Shown: piece by piece, positions 54,926-64,000 of the stretch
Position numbering within the stretch: position 1 is the stretch's first letter
Layout: each line of letters starts with the position of its first letter
IMG/VR virus record: IMGVR_UViG_3300024348_000026
Span: 3,530 to 67,529 of that record
Length of the DNA stretch: 64,000 nucleotides
Reading direction: 5' to 3' (one strand)
Source of the DNA: a virus
Made by a program: the position numbers and the translations under genes
Notes under the pieces: model-generated
Database searches by the model: none
What the model saw: the letters and a program-made list of their open reading frames with translations, nothing else
Told to the model about the DNA's origin: nothing

Positions 54926-56833
54926 TTATTCTATTAATTTAAATTGATGCTTGTTTAATCCGTTATGTAGATAACAAATATTTTTTTGAGTTGTCGTGTG
55001 AGGATAAAATGCCATTTCAAAATAGCCTTTATGTTCCCCGCCTCCTTCTAGGATTAAAACGTTTTCTAAAGATTCTGAATACTCCATCACCTTAAAAACG
55101 AATGGACTATCCTCTATTAGTGAAAAGTATTCTCGACGGGTGAATACATAGATGTTGTATAGCGGATATTGTTTCTTTAAATTTTTCATTAAAGAATTGA
55201 TCAATAATACATCTGTATCTGATTGAGGTATAATAACGGCGATCCTTTTCCCTTCGTCTTCCTTCCCAAGAAGATCCCCAAAGCTTACGCTTGTTTTTTT
55301 AGAATTCAAAGATCTTGCTTGTCCTCTAAATTGATCTACCATTTGCCCCGCGCTTATTTCTTTATTAAAGATCCTACTGGCCCACATTTTAAATACGCTT
55401 GAGTTTTTGTCTACGTCTTCATTTAAAAAGTTTTTGTGAAGATCTATTATAAATTCATCAACTTGAGAGTTCTCTTTTGGTTGGTAGTTTTCATCGTAAG
55501 AAACCGATTGGTTTTCAAAATCAAAATCTACGGGTGGGGAATTGTCAATAAGCTCTTCTAATTTTTTACCAATAACCTCGATTGAGAAATTATCAATAAC
55601 CCACTGTCTTGCGGCTTTTTCCACACTTCTTTTGCTTTCTTGGCTCATTTTATAGACATATAAAAGCTCGGCAGCTATACTGTCAGGGCTTGTAGATGCT
55701 TTTATGAATTGAGTCCCAGGTTCACGGTATTCGCTCCACTGAAGACCAATTCCGCCGCTTTCCAAAGTGCAATTGTCTTCTCCGCATGAGTAATCCGTAA
55801 CCAGAGTAATTAGTTCTGTTAATTTTGCTTCTTGAATTGGAATCTCTTGCCCTCCGCTTGTAAAAGGGTGGCAATACACATCCATTAGGTTATAAACCTC
55901 ATTTAACTGCTTTTCTGAAACGCCAAAAGATACGTTCGTTGTGTTTACTGTTTTTGATGATCCGCAACTAGGGCAGTTTTGTTCTTGACCAGTAAAGGGC
56001 CTAACTTCATAAGAGTGGCACTTAGAACAAAAATAAGTTGTTAAAACATCCTCTGGACTTATCTCTTTTTCTCTCAAAAATTCGGGGATATTCCAACCCT
56101 CTCCCCAATGAGTATGAAGCAATAATTTAGTTTTTATTTCTGGATTCTCGTTTTTGAACTTTTTAAATCCGTCCAAAAGATTAGGGACGGATTTCCTTAA
56201 TTGATTTCTAAAGACAAATCCTACTATAAAAGTGTCTTGCGAAATATTATGCTTGCTTCTTAAGCCTTGTCTTTGTTCATCTTCAAGTCTAAAAAAGTTT
56301 TGAGTATCTACTGCTCCTCTTAGGGTTTTGATGTGATTATATCCTAGTTTATTAAAAGCTTTTTCTGCAAATGATGCCCATACAAAATAATTCTTAACTT
56401 TTGGGGCAAAATCTACTGCTTGTTGTAGCAGTGGAAGACTGTCTAATGTCGTCCAAATGGCGCAATTAATTTTGTTCCACCAAGGTTTTTTATCAAAATC
56501 AGAAAAGGCCCAAATGTCTTCTATCCCTATGTAAAAATCTGGCTTGGTTAGTTTAATAATATCATCTATTACAATAGATCCATATACGGCGGCTCTTTGT
56601 TGATCTGGTCCAAGCTGGTTGTAGACTTGCATCGACGGCATAGTTCCGTAACATTGCCACGGAACGGTCTTCGTTATCGGATCATCAAAACCTACTCCAT
56701 TCGCCGCTTCTATAATATTATATTTGCCTGTAGAAAAAAGATATCTTAGAATGTTTTTCTTGTTTTTCCCAAAACCAGTAAAAGCCTTGCAAAAATTAGA
56801 TTGCAGGACGACTGTTTTTTTCTTATTTGTCAT
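54926..56833 (-). CDS. GT4-like glycosyltransferase
   Basis: TGFG, GFVFRNQLRK..PNL, LNEVYNLMDVY..P..GG.EIPIQEA. Confidence 0.85.
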   Translation of the reverse strand: MTNKKKTVVLQSNFCKAFTGFGKNKKNILRYLFSTGKYNIIEAANGVGFDDPITKTVPWQCYGTMPSMQVYNQLGPDQQRAAVYGSIVIDDIIKLTKPDFYIGIEDIWAFSDFDKKPWWNKINCAIWTTLDSLPLLQQAVDFAPKVKNYFVWASFAEKAFNKLGYNHIKTLRGAVDTQNFFRLEDEQRQGLRSKHNISQDTFIVGFVFRNQLRKSVPNLLDGFKKFKNENPEIKTKLLLHTHWGEGWNIPEFLREKEISPEDVLTTYFCSKCHSYEVRPFTGQEQNCPSCGSSKTVNTTNVSFGVSEKQLNEVYNLMDVYCHPFTSGGQEIPIQEAKLTELITLVTDYSCGEDNCTLESGGIGLQWSEYREPGTQFIKASTSPDSIAAELLYVYKMSQESKRSVEKAARQWVIDNFSIEVIGKKLEELIDNSPPVDFDFENQSVSYDENYQPKENSQVDEFIIDLHKNFLNEDVDKNSSVFKMWASRIFNKEISAGQMVDQFRGQARSLNSKKTSVSFGDLLGKEDEGKRIAVIIPQSDTDVLLINSLMKNLKKQYPLYNIYVFTRREYFSLIEDSPFVFKVMEYSESLENVLILEGGGEHKGYFEMAFYPHTTTQKNICYLHNGLNKHQFKLIE

Positions 56834-57287
56834 TTGCGCTCTGTCTTTCCTTATAAATTTCGTTTAATGCGAATTTAAAAAACTGGCGTAAGGCATAAGC
56901 TTCTGACATTTCAACGCCCATGCCAAATTTATTGGCCGAGTTTCTGGTAATGGTGAATGAAAAAGCTTTTTTGCCGTCTTTTTTTGTATAAGGCTTAAAA
57001 GAGATGGTTGTTTTGTTATCTTCATAAGTATGAAATGCCGAAAATTCCGTGTATTGTTCGATGGCATAAATAAAGCCTCCTAATTCGATTTCGTTAAGCT
57101 TTAAAGAGATAGACTTCTCTGGATTCTTTGCATTTTCCGTGAAAGATCCATTTTTTGTCTTTTCGTTCCACGCAAACTGCTGAATTGCTGTCATAAAAAC
57201 AGATGGCTCTTTGTTTTTAGAACCCGTTCCTAATTGGAACCCGAAAGCAGACCCTGTATTGCTTGAATTAGGCTTATATAATTTCAT
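56823..57287 (-). CDS. Whirly/PC4-like ssDNA-binding protein (tentative)
   Basis: duplicated beta-strands-plus-helix pattern: SLKLNEIELG / MGVEMSEAYAL. Confidence 0.45.
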   Translation of the reverse strand: MKLYKPNSSNTGSAFGFQLGTGSKNKEPSVFMTAIQQFAWNEKTKNGSFTENAKNPEKSISLKLNEIELGGFIYAIEQYTEFSAFHTYEDNKTTISFKPYTKKDGKKAFSFTITRNSANKFGMGVEMSEAYALRQFFKFALNEIYKERQSANDK

Positions 57288-57320
57288 AAAATATTATATA
57301 CAAACATGAATAAAAATCCA

Positions 57321-58391
57321 TTAAGCTTTTTGATTTAAAATTGGCTCAGTTATTGTTTTTAAAATAAATTTTTCGTTATTTTTAAAATGAGGAATACTCA
57401 TATATCGGTCATATGATAGAGAAAATCGGTCAGAGATATTGACGATCTCAGATACTCTTCTGGAGCCGTATAAATATACTTCTTTTAGATATCCAATAAC
57501 TAATTCCAGTCCTTTTTTCATAAGAGACGCTTGTTGACATTTTTTATATAACTTTAAGGCTTCTTTGTCTAAGGTAATATTCATGTGAGAGCAAAAGACA
57601 CTCAGCAAGCCAAACTCCATTTCTTCTGGAACTCCAAGTTCTATAAAGATGTCGTTTAAATCTAAAAAACAATGAGATCTATGGCTATGGTCAAAATTTA
57701 TAAATTTAAATAGCCCATTTTTTGAAATAATATTTTCTCTATTCAGATTTCCGTGACAAACAAACCCTTTGCTAATCAGATCGTTATTACAAGACTCCAG
57801 TAGCTCGCCCTCCATTCTTTCTATTATTTCGCTAATTAATTTAAAATCAGTATAATTTTTAATACTTTCTATAGAGTCTTCGGTGAAATTTTTTGATAAT
57901 AGCGCTCCAAAAGATTCTTCTAAATATTCTTTGTATGAAAATGGCGGATTTTGAGACTGCTGCATCAAAGAATAAGACTCACAAAAACTTGCAAAGTTTT
58001 CTGTAAAATAAGATAAGCCTAAGTCGCTAAGGTTTTCGGCGTTTTCGTTTGAAGTTATAATGTATCTCAATTCGTCACCGATTTTTACCACTCCATCTTT
58101 TATGTATTTAGCTCTTATTAGGGGATTTATTCCATTAAGAATCAAACTCTCTCTGTTTATTTTTTCACACTTGGGGTCTAAGGATATTTTAATACGAAAA
58201 TCGAATCCTGCTTCGCTGTATTTATATACGTCATAATCTTCTGTTTCAGAAAGAAATTTTATGTTTTCCCCAAAAATTGGAGGATCTAAGCTTTTTAGCA
58301 AAATGGAAACCAATTTTATTTCGCTATCTTCTCCAGCTAAGTGTTCTGGAATTACATAAGCCTTATTCTGAAATAAATTAGAAAGATTCAT
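57321..58391 (-). CDS. APH/choline-kinase-fold protein
   Basis: VCHGNL..ENI...FINFD...DL. Confidence 0.65.
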   Translation of the reverse strand: MNLSNLFQNKAYVIPEHLAGEDSEIKLVSILLKSLDPPIFGENIKFLSETEDYDVYKYSEAGFDFRIKISLDPKCEKINRESLILNGINPLIRAKYIKDGVVKIGDELRYIITSNENAENLSDLGLSYFTENFASFCESYSLMQQSQNPPFSYKEYLEESFGALLSKNFTEDSIESIKNYTDFKLISEIIERMEGELLESCNNDLISKGFVCHGNLNRENIISKNGLFKFINFDHSHRSHCFLDLNDIFIELGVPEEMEFGLLSVFCSHMNITLDKEALKLYKKCQQASLMKKGLELVIGYLKEVYLYGSRRVSEIVNISDRFSLSYDRYMSIPHFKNNEKFILKTITEPILNQKA

Positions 58392-58405
58392 TGTTTAATG
58401 ATAAC

Positions 58406-58435
58406 AAAAAACCCCTGTTTTTCAACAGGGGTTTT
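58406..58435. terminator. intrinsic terminator
   Basis: AAAACCCCTGTT / AACAGGGGTTTT inverted repeat with an A/T tract. Confidence 0.8.
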
Positions 58436-58704
58436 GATCGCCAACTACCTACAAAAAAGTTAATAAGCTTCTCCAAAAACCTTTCCAGCAAAGCTAACTC
58501 CAAGAATATTCGTCTTGGCCAACTTTACATTAGTTCTGGCGTTACGATCATATACCTTAATATACGATGGAGTTTCGCTTCGGAATTGAGCATTAATTGC
58601 TGGGCGGTGATTTGCGGTATAAAGACCGAAAAAACGTCCCGCACTATTACGGATCAATGGAAGCACCTTACTATTTTGTTGTTTGTTTTTCATATGAGGG
58701 TATC

Positions 58705-61131
58705 TTAATGGATATTGATGGTATTGTCAACAAAATTTACAGAAAAATCTGACTTTTCTGGATTTTGAATGATAAATTTCGATATTGGGATCTGAATTTT
58801 TGACTTTACAATCTCTTTTATGTTTCTGGCGTGAAGCTTCTCTATTTTTAATGAATTTAAAATAAATTCCACAACGCCATCGCCAAAAGATATCTTAATG
58901 TTTTGTTGTTTTAGTTTATTCTCAATTTCAGATATTTCTTTGCTGATGATTTTTTGATATTCTTTATCTTTGAGTTCGTTAAAAACCAAAATAGCATCAA
59001 CTCTAGCAATGAATTCTGGTTTTAGATGTCTTTTAATAGCTTCTCTATAAACGTCTGATTGAGGAACAAAATCATTAACAAACCCCATCGAAACCTTATC
59101 TTTGTTTTCGTGTCCAACATTACTTGTAAAAATAACGATTGACTTATTGAAAGATATTTTATTGTTGAGATTGTCGTTGACGTATCCTTCGTCTAAAAGA
59201 TGAAGCAATAAATTGAGAATATCAGGGTCGCATTTCTCAGCTTCATCAAACAAGACAACACAATTGGGATTGTTTTTTACGAACTCTGTTAGAATCCCCC
59301 CTTGATCAGATCCAATATAGCCAACGCTCGCTCCAATAAGCTTATTTATTCCTGACTTATCTTGGTATTCGCTCATATTAATCTGGATGAAGGATTGTTC
59401 GTTTCCAAAAAAGTATTTAGCTATTTTTTTTGCAGTATGAGTTTTGCCCACGCTCGTTGGTCCAACAAAAAATAAACTTGCAAGAGGTTTGTTGTTGTCG
59501 TTTAATCCGACCTTTGCACAAGATAGAATGTCTGTTATTTCTTTAATGTTTTCAGATTGACCAAACACTTCCTGTTCTATGTTTTTTTGAAAGTGTAAAA
59601 ATTCGCTATTGTCTGTTGATATCGATTCTTTTGATAGGCTTGTCTTTTCTGAAAATACTTCGACAACATCGCTTTTTGTAATTTCAAAAACTTGATTTTT
59701 GACATACTCATTAAATTCTCCCATTGCGGCGACGTATTGAACTAATAAATTTTTACAATATTCGTCTTCTTCTGGATTTACTTCGTCATCTAATGCATAT
59801 AATGTTTCAAGCAAATAAGCTTGAAGGCTTTTTATCTCTTCTGGAATTTGTCTGTTTTTAATTTTGACCTTCGCTCCAATAGAATCGATCATATCGAAAG
59901 CTTTGTCTGGAAAATTCTTATGTGGAATATATTTTTCGCATAAGTTAACAATCATTTGAATAATCTCAGACTCGTATTTAACGTTGTGGAAAGACTCGTA
60001 ATAGTCAATGCAATTAGACACGATCTCTTTTGTTTTTTCGGCAGATGGAACGCTGACAAAAATAGGATCAAATCTTCTTTTTATTGCGCTATCTTTTTCA
60101 AAATATTTTTTGTATTCGCTCGCTGTTGTAGCTCCTATGCATTTTAATTCTCCTCTGGCTAATGCTGGTTTCAAAATGTTCGCGGCATCAAGGGTTCCAG
60201 CGTTGCTTCCTGCTCCAATAATATTATGGATTTCGTCAAAGAATAAAACAATGTTTTCATATTTTGATGCCACACTTATTAATTGCTTGAGTCTTTCTTC
60301 AAATTCGCCACGATACTTCGTTCCAGAGATCATTGAGGTTAAATCGACACTATATATCTGCAAAGAAAGCAGGTTTGACGGAACGTTCTGAGAGACAATC
60401 CTCTGAGCAAGACCTTCTACAATGGCCGTCTTGCCAACTCCGCTTTCTCCTATTAAAACTGCGTTACTTTTTGATCTTTTAGAAATGATTTCTATAAGCT
60501 CATCTATCTCCTTGTCTCTTCCAGAAATCTTATTAAATTTTCCAGCTATTGCGTCTTCATTTAAAAGAGAACAATATAGCTCCAAAGGTTTTATTTTTTT
60601 TCTTTCGTTGACGCTTGCTGTCTGGTGAGGCTTTTCCTCGGAAACTTTTTCCTTCTTTTGGGAGGGCATTAAAATATTTTCTATATTTTTTTTAATCAGC
60701 GCCTTGAAATTTTCAACATCGATTTTTTCTTTAGTTAGAAAAGAACAAAGCTTTTCCGAATTTTCTAAAGTTGCATAAGTAAGGTGCTCTATCCCAATGT
60801 AATCATGTTCATAAATTTCCGATAGTTTTTGGGCGTAAGAAATTATTTTGTCAATTTCTTCTCTTTTAAAATCCTGTTCGAAGTCTTTCTTGTAGTCTTT
60901 TGGATTTTTATCAAAAAACTTAAGCAGTAAGTCTTTGTAGTCGAGAGGAGACGAACTTATCTCGTTATTCTCTAATGTTAAAACTAAATCTTCTGATAAA
61001 TTGCTCAAGCATCCATAAAAAAGATGGGCGCTATCTATATCCATATGATAATTATCTACCGCAAATTCTTTAGCGCGTTTAAATGCTTTTTTTGCTCTTG
61101 GCGTCAAGTTTGGACTTTTGGTTTCTGTCAT
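58705..61131 (-). CDS. clpC: ClpA/ClpC-family AAA+ ATPase
   Basis: Clp N-domain; GESGVGKT, GTKYRGEFEER, KPALARG, GPTSVGKT, MSEY, PEF..R.D. Confidence 0.9.
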   Translation of the reverse strand: MTETKSPNLTPRAKKAFKRAKEFAVDNYHMDIDSAHLFYGCLSNLSEDLVLTLENNEISSSPLDYKDLLLKFFDKNPKDYKKDFEQDFKREEIDKIISYAQKLSEIYEHDYIGIEHLTYATLENSEKLCSFLTKEKIDVENFKALIKKNIENILMPSQKKEKVSEEKPHQTASVNERKKIKPLELYCSLLNEDAIAGKFNKISGRDKEIDELIEIISKRSKSNAVLIGESGVGKTAIVEGLAQRIVSQNVPSNLLSLQIYSVDLTSMISGTKYRGEFEERLKQLISVASKYENIVLFFDEIHNIIGAGSNAGTLDAANILKPALARGELKCIGATTASEYKKYFEKDSAIKRRFDPIFVSVPSAEKTKEIVSNCIDYYESFHNVKYESEIIQMIVNLCEKYIPHKNFPDKAFDMIDSIGAKVKIKNRQIPEEIKSLQAYLLETLYALDDEVNPEEDEYCKNLLVQYVAAMGEFNEYVKNQVFEITKSDVVEVFSEKTSLSKESISTDNSEFLHFQKNIEQEVFGQSENIKEITDILSCAKVGLNDNNKPLASLFFVGPTSVGKTHTAKKIAKYFFGNEQSFIQINMSEYQDKSGINKLIGASVGYIGSDQGGILTEFVKNNPNCVVLFDEAEKCDPDILNLLLHLLDEGYVNDNLNNKISFNKSIVIFTSNVGHENKDKVSMGFVNDFVPQSDVYREAIKRHLKPEFIARVDAILVFNELKDKEYQKIISKEISEIENKLKQQNIKISFGDGVVEFILNSLKIEKLHARNIKEIVKSKIQIPISKFIIQNPEKSDFSVNFVDNTINIH

Positions 61132-61141
61132 GTTTTTATTC

Positions 61142-63712
61142 TTATTTAAGTTGGGAGAGTTTCATGTATATCTTTTCCTGCAAAACCTCTATTTTGTCAA
61201 CAAAAATAATATCGTCTCCTTTTGAGCCAAAAACAATAATGACATCGCCTTTGATTGGCAGTTTTTTTCCAGAGTCTAAGTATTCTGTTAATTTAGCTCT
61301 ATTGCCGCTGTCCATAAATAAGCCGCAAGCTGAACCTAATTCGTCTTGCATCTCTATTCTTGCATATTTATTTCCAGATGCACTTGTTTTCTTCATTATA
61401 TCGGATATTGTTCCAACAAACTTTATTGGTTTGTTCATTTCAAGCTCTTTAATTTGTTGCGCCGAATAAAAGCCGCTTGATTCGTGATCTTTGAAAATCT
61501 GTCTTACGTTGTAAGAATAACTATAACCCAGAAGCTCTGATTCAAAAAACCAGTTAGCGAACTTCATGTGTTTTTTATTCATTTCGTAGATCTTTTTATA
61601 TGGATCATATTTAGATTTAAATGTAACAAACCTTTTCGCAGAAAAAATAGGCTTGCTGTCGTCGCCTAACAAAGAGTCTTTTTGACACTCGTAAATGCAC
61701 TGTAATAAGTCGTAATTAAACTTGTTTCCAAATTGAACGATATTCCTTTTTTCTTTGTCGCTTAAGATATTAAACGTTTGAGCTTCTAAGACGAGTCTGC
61801 ATCTATCCTTATCAACCAAAGAGTCTAAGAGTCCCGCTTGAATCAGGGCTGATAAACATCCGATATTAAGGCCAGATTGTTTTGCCGCCATGAATGCTTC
61901 GTATTTATTAGAAAAGGACTCTTCTCTAAAATCCAAAAGAGCCTCTAAGGATCTGCTCGACACTCCTTTGATGCAATTTAATCCATAACGGATGTTTTTG
62001 CCCTCTATTTTAAAATCAATATCTGACTTGTTTAGATCGGGAGGAAGAAGTTTAATGTCGAAGAACGATAGTTCTTGAGAAATCTTATGAATTTCTTGTA
62101 AAGGATCTGGCTCAAACTGAGCAAATTTCATGAGATTCAAAAAGAACTCTTGCGGATAATTAAATTTTAAATAGATCGTTATCGCCGCTAAGTTGGCGTA
62201 TGAAATACTGTGGCTCTTATTAAAAGAATAGTTGGCTGAATCTTCAGCAACTTTCCATAAGATTTCTCCAATCACTGGATCTAAATTATTTTCAGAAATT
62301 TTCTGGGAAATTTTATCTTTCCAAGCAACCATCTGGTCTACTTTTTTCTTGCCTACGATGCGGCGAAGCTGTTCTGATTCATCTAATGAAAATCCTACTT
62401 TAACAGCCATTTTCATTAACTGTTCTTGATAAAGAGGGATTCCTCCTGTATAGCTCAAAACATCATCAAAAAATGGATGAACAGATTGGAAATCTCCTGT
62501 TCTAACATAATCAGCATATCTATCTTTGAAGTCTAAAGCCCCAGGTCTAGCGATAGCTACGACGGCAGAAAGCTCCTCTAGATTTCTAGGACGGATTAGT
62601 TTGCATACTTTAAAGTTGGTATCAGCTTCGATTTGAAACAATCCTTGCGGTTGCTCCAAGCAAGCAAGTGCGGAATAGATTGTTGGGTCTTTTACGTCAA
62701 TTTCATCTGCTTTGATTCCTAATTGTTCGCAGACGGCATGAACAACAGATAATGTTCTTAAACCTAGAATATCGAATTTGACGCTAAGACTTGCGACATC
62801 ATTCATATCGTATCCAGATATAAGTGATCCATCGCTTGTTTTTTGCAAAGGCATGATGTCTTCTACGTCATAATAACTAATACAAATTCCTGACGGATGG
62901 ACTCCTGTGTTTTTATTTAAGCCTTCAAGTTTTTTTGCGATATCATAAGACGATGGGTATTGATTTGCATATTTCTTGAATATTTCGCTTTCCTCAAAAG
63001 CAGCAGCTAATTTGGCAACCTTTCCAAATTTCTTAGGAATAGAATCACTAATTTCGTTCACTTGGCTTTCCGAAAGCTCGTCTACGATTTTTCCACACTC
63101 TTTGATACAAAGTTTGCTGCTGAGAGTGTTTAAAGTTAATATCTTGCAAGCTCTTCCTTTGTATTTATTGTTAATATACTCAATGACTTCTGCTCTACGG
63201 TCATAACTAATATCGTTATCGACATCAGCGAGAAGTGACCCATCGAGATAGATTTCCCCATTGTCCTCAATTTTTTTTGCTCGACTTTTCGATACAAATC
63301 TTTCGAAGAATAAATCATATTTAATTGGGTCAATATTGGTAACTTTGATTAGATATAGAACTAAGCTTCCTGCGGCAGATCCTCTCCCAGCTCCTGTTGG
63401 TATTTTATTCTCATGACAAAAATTTATAATATCCCAATTTAATAAGATATAATCTATAAATCCAAGATCAAAAAGAATTTCTAATTCGCTCGAAACCCTA
63501 GAATAATATTCTCCCTTATTCTCTAGAAGATTTATCTTTTTCTCTTTAATGCCCTTCCAGCAGAGAGCTTTTAAAAAAGCAAGATTAGTTGGTTTTTCAG
63601 AAAAGCCCAGATCTCCCCAGTATTTTTCCTCAATAAAAATTGAAGGGAGCTTAACTCCAATCGGAAAAGGCCGATCATACTCCTTATAGTTTTCAGAAAA
63701 TTTAGTTGCCAT
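61142..63712 (-). CDS. dnaE: DNA polymerase III alpha subunit lacking the PHP domain
   Basis: GRGSAAGSLV, FERF, DVDND, HPSG, KFDILGL, FQ.E, YQEQ, YSFNKSH. Confidence 0.92.
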   Translation of the reverse strand: MATKFSENYKEYDRPFPIGVKLPSIFIEEKYWGDLGFSEKPTNLAFLKALCWKGIKEKKINLLENKGEYYSRVSSELEILFDLGFIDYILLNWDIINFCHENKIPTGAGRGSAAGSLVLYLIKVTNIDPIKYDLFFERFVSKSRAKKIEDNGEIYLDGSLLADVDNDISYDRRAEVIEYINNKYKGRACKILTLNTLSSKLCIKECGKIVDELSESQVNEISDSIPKKFGKVAKLAAAFEESEIFKKYANQYPSSYDIAKKLEGLNKNTGVHPSGICISYYDVEDIMPLQKTSDGSLISGYDMNDVASLSVKFDILGLRTLSVVHAVCEQLGIKADEIDVKDPTIYSALACLEQPQGLFQIEADTNFKVCKLIRPRNLEELSAVVAIARPGALDFKDRYADYVRTGDFQSVHPFFDDVLSYTGGIPLYQEQLMKMAVKVGFSLDESEQLRRIVGKKKVDQMVAWKDKISQKISENNLDPVIGEILWKVAEDSANYSFNKSHSISYANLAAITIYLKFNYPQEFFLNLMKFAQFEPDPLQEIHKISQELSFFDIKLLPPDLNKSDIDFKIEGKNIRYGLNCIKGVSSRSLEALLDFREESFSNKYEAFMAAKQSGLNIGCLSALIQAGLLDSLVDKDRCRLVLEAQTFNILSDKEKRNIVQFGNKFNYDLLQCIYECQKDSLLGDDSKPIFSAKRFVTFKSKYDPYKKIYEMNKKHMKFANWFFESELLGYSYSYNVRQIFKDHESSGFYSAQQIKELEMNKPIKFVGTISDIMKKTSASGNKYARIEMQDELGSACGLFMDSGNRAKLTEYLDSGKKLPIKGDVIIVFGSKGDDIIFVDKIEVLQEKIYMKLSQLK

Positions 63713-63713
63713 T

Positions 63714-64000
63714 TTAGATTTCAATATCAAAGAGTTGTTTTTTAAATATTCTATATGTCATTTCGCAATCGTATGAGGCATCGTGCAAGCGCTTTTCGTC
63801 AAAAGCAATGTCATATTTTTTAAGTAGGGCTGATTGGGAGGCTTTTACTTTCTTATCTCGGTGATTTAAAAGTCTATATTGCCAACTGATTAGGTCATCA
63901 GACTGAATTGGAATTTGCTTTGCAATGGCCATCGCTAAACATCTTGTGTCTAGGATTCTATCAATAAACGAATAATCAGACGGCAATCCTATCAATTTCC
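63714..64000 (-). CDS. DEDDh 3'-5' exonuclease (epsilon-like), partial at window edge
   Basis: LDT..LA...LHDASYD ExoIII motif. Confidence 0.75.
   Translation of the reverse strand, partial: KLIGLPSDYSFIDRILDTRCLAMAIAKQIPIQSDDLISWQYRLLNHRDKKVKASQSALLKKYDIAFDEKRLHDASYDCEMTYRIFKKQLFDIEI

Overview
AT-rich segment of a large tailed dsDNA phage, probably a siphovirus (lambda-like gpL/gpK/gpI/gpJ tail-tip module). There are no clear Shine-Dalgarno sites, and many genes have their own near-leaderless promoters; the attC style suggests a PVC/Verrucomicrobia-type host (inference). Layout: small accessory genes with six integron attC-like hairpins (1-10 kb); a minus-strand array of ~21 tRNA genes interleaved with ~10 non-tRNA structured RNAs and homing-endonuclease genes (10.1-15.4 kb); HNH, phosphoesterase, Pth2, macrodomain, SLOG and NDT genes; five glycosyltransferases; rIIA/rIIB; a lysis cassette; a GC-rich LRR/protease island; a Mom-like gene; tail genes; two more glycosyltransferases; a ClpA/C ATPase; a PHP-less DnaE and a DEDDh exonuclease. 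Best candidate for an undescribed system: just upstream of the tRNA array is an unannotated 21-codon leader (MRYSFTSLTQKPAINCEWDRG) whose 21 codons are all different and cover 18 amino acids. It is followed by mutually exclusive antiterminator/terminator hairpins, i.e. an apparent 'pan-codon' attenuator that would induce the phage tRNA/decoy-RNA array when almost any host tRNA fails. All calls are by eye; no searches or folding programs were run.
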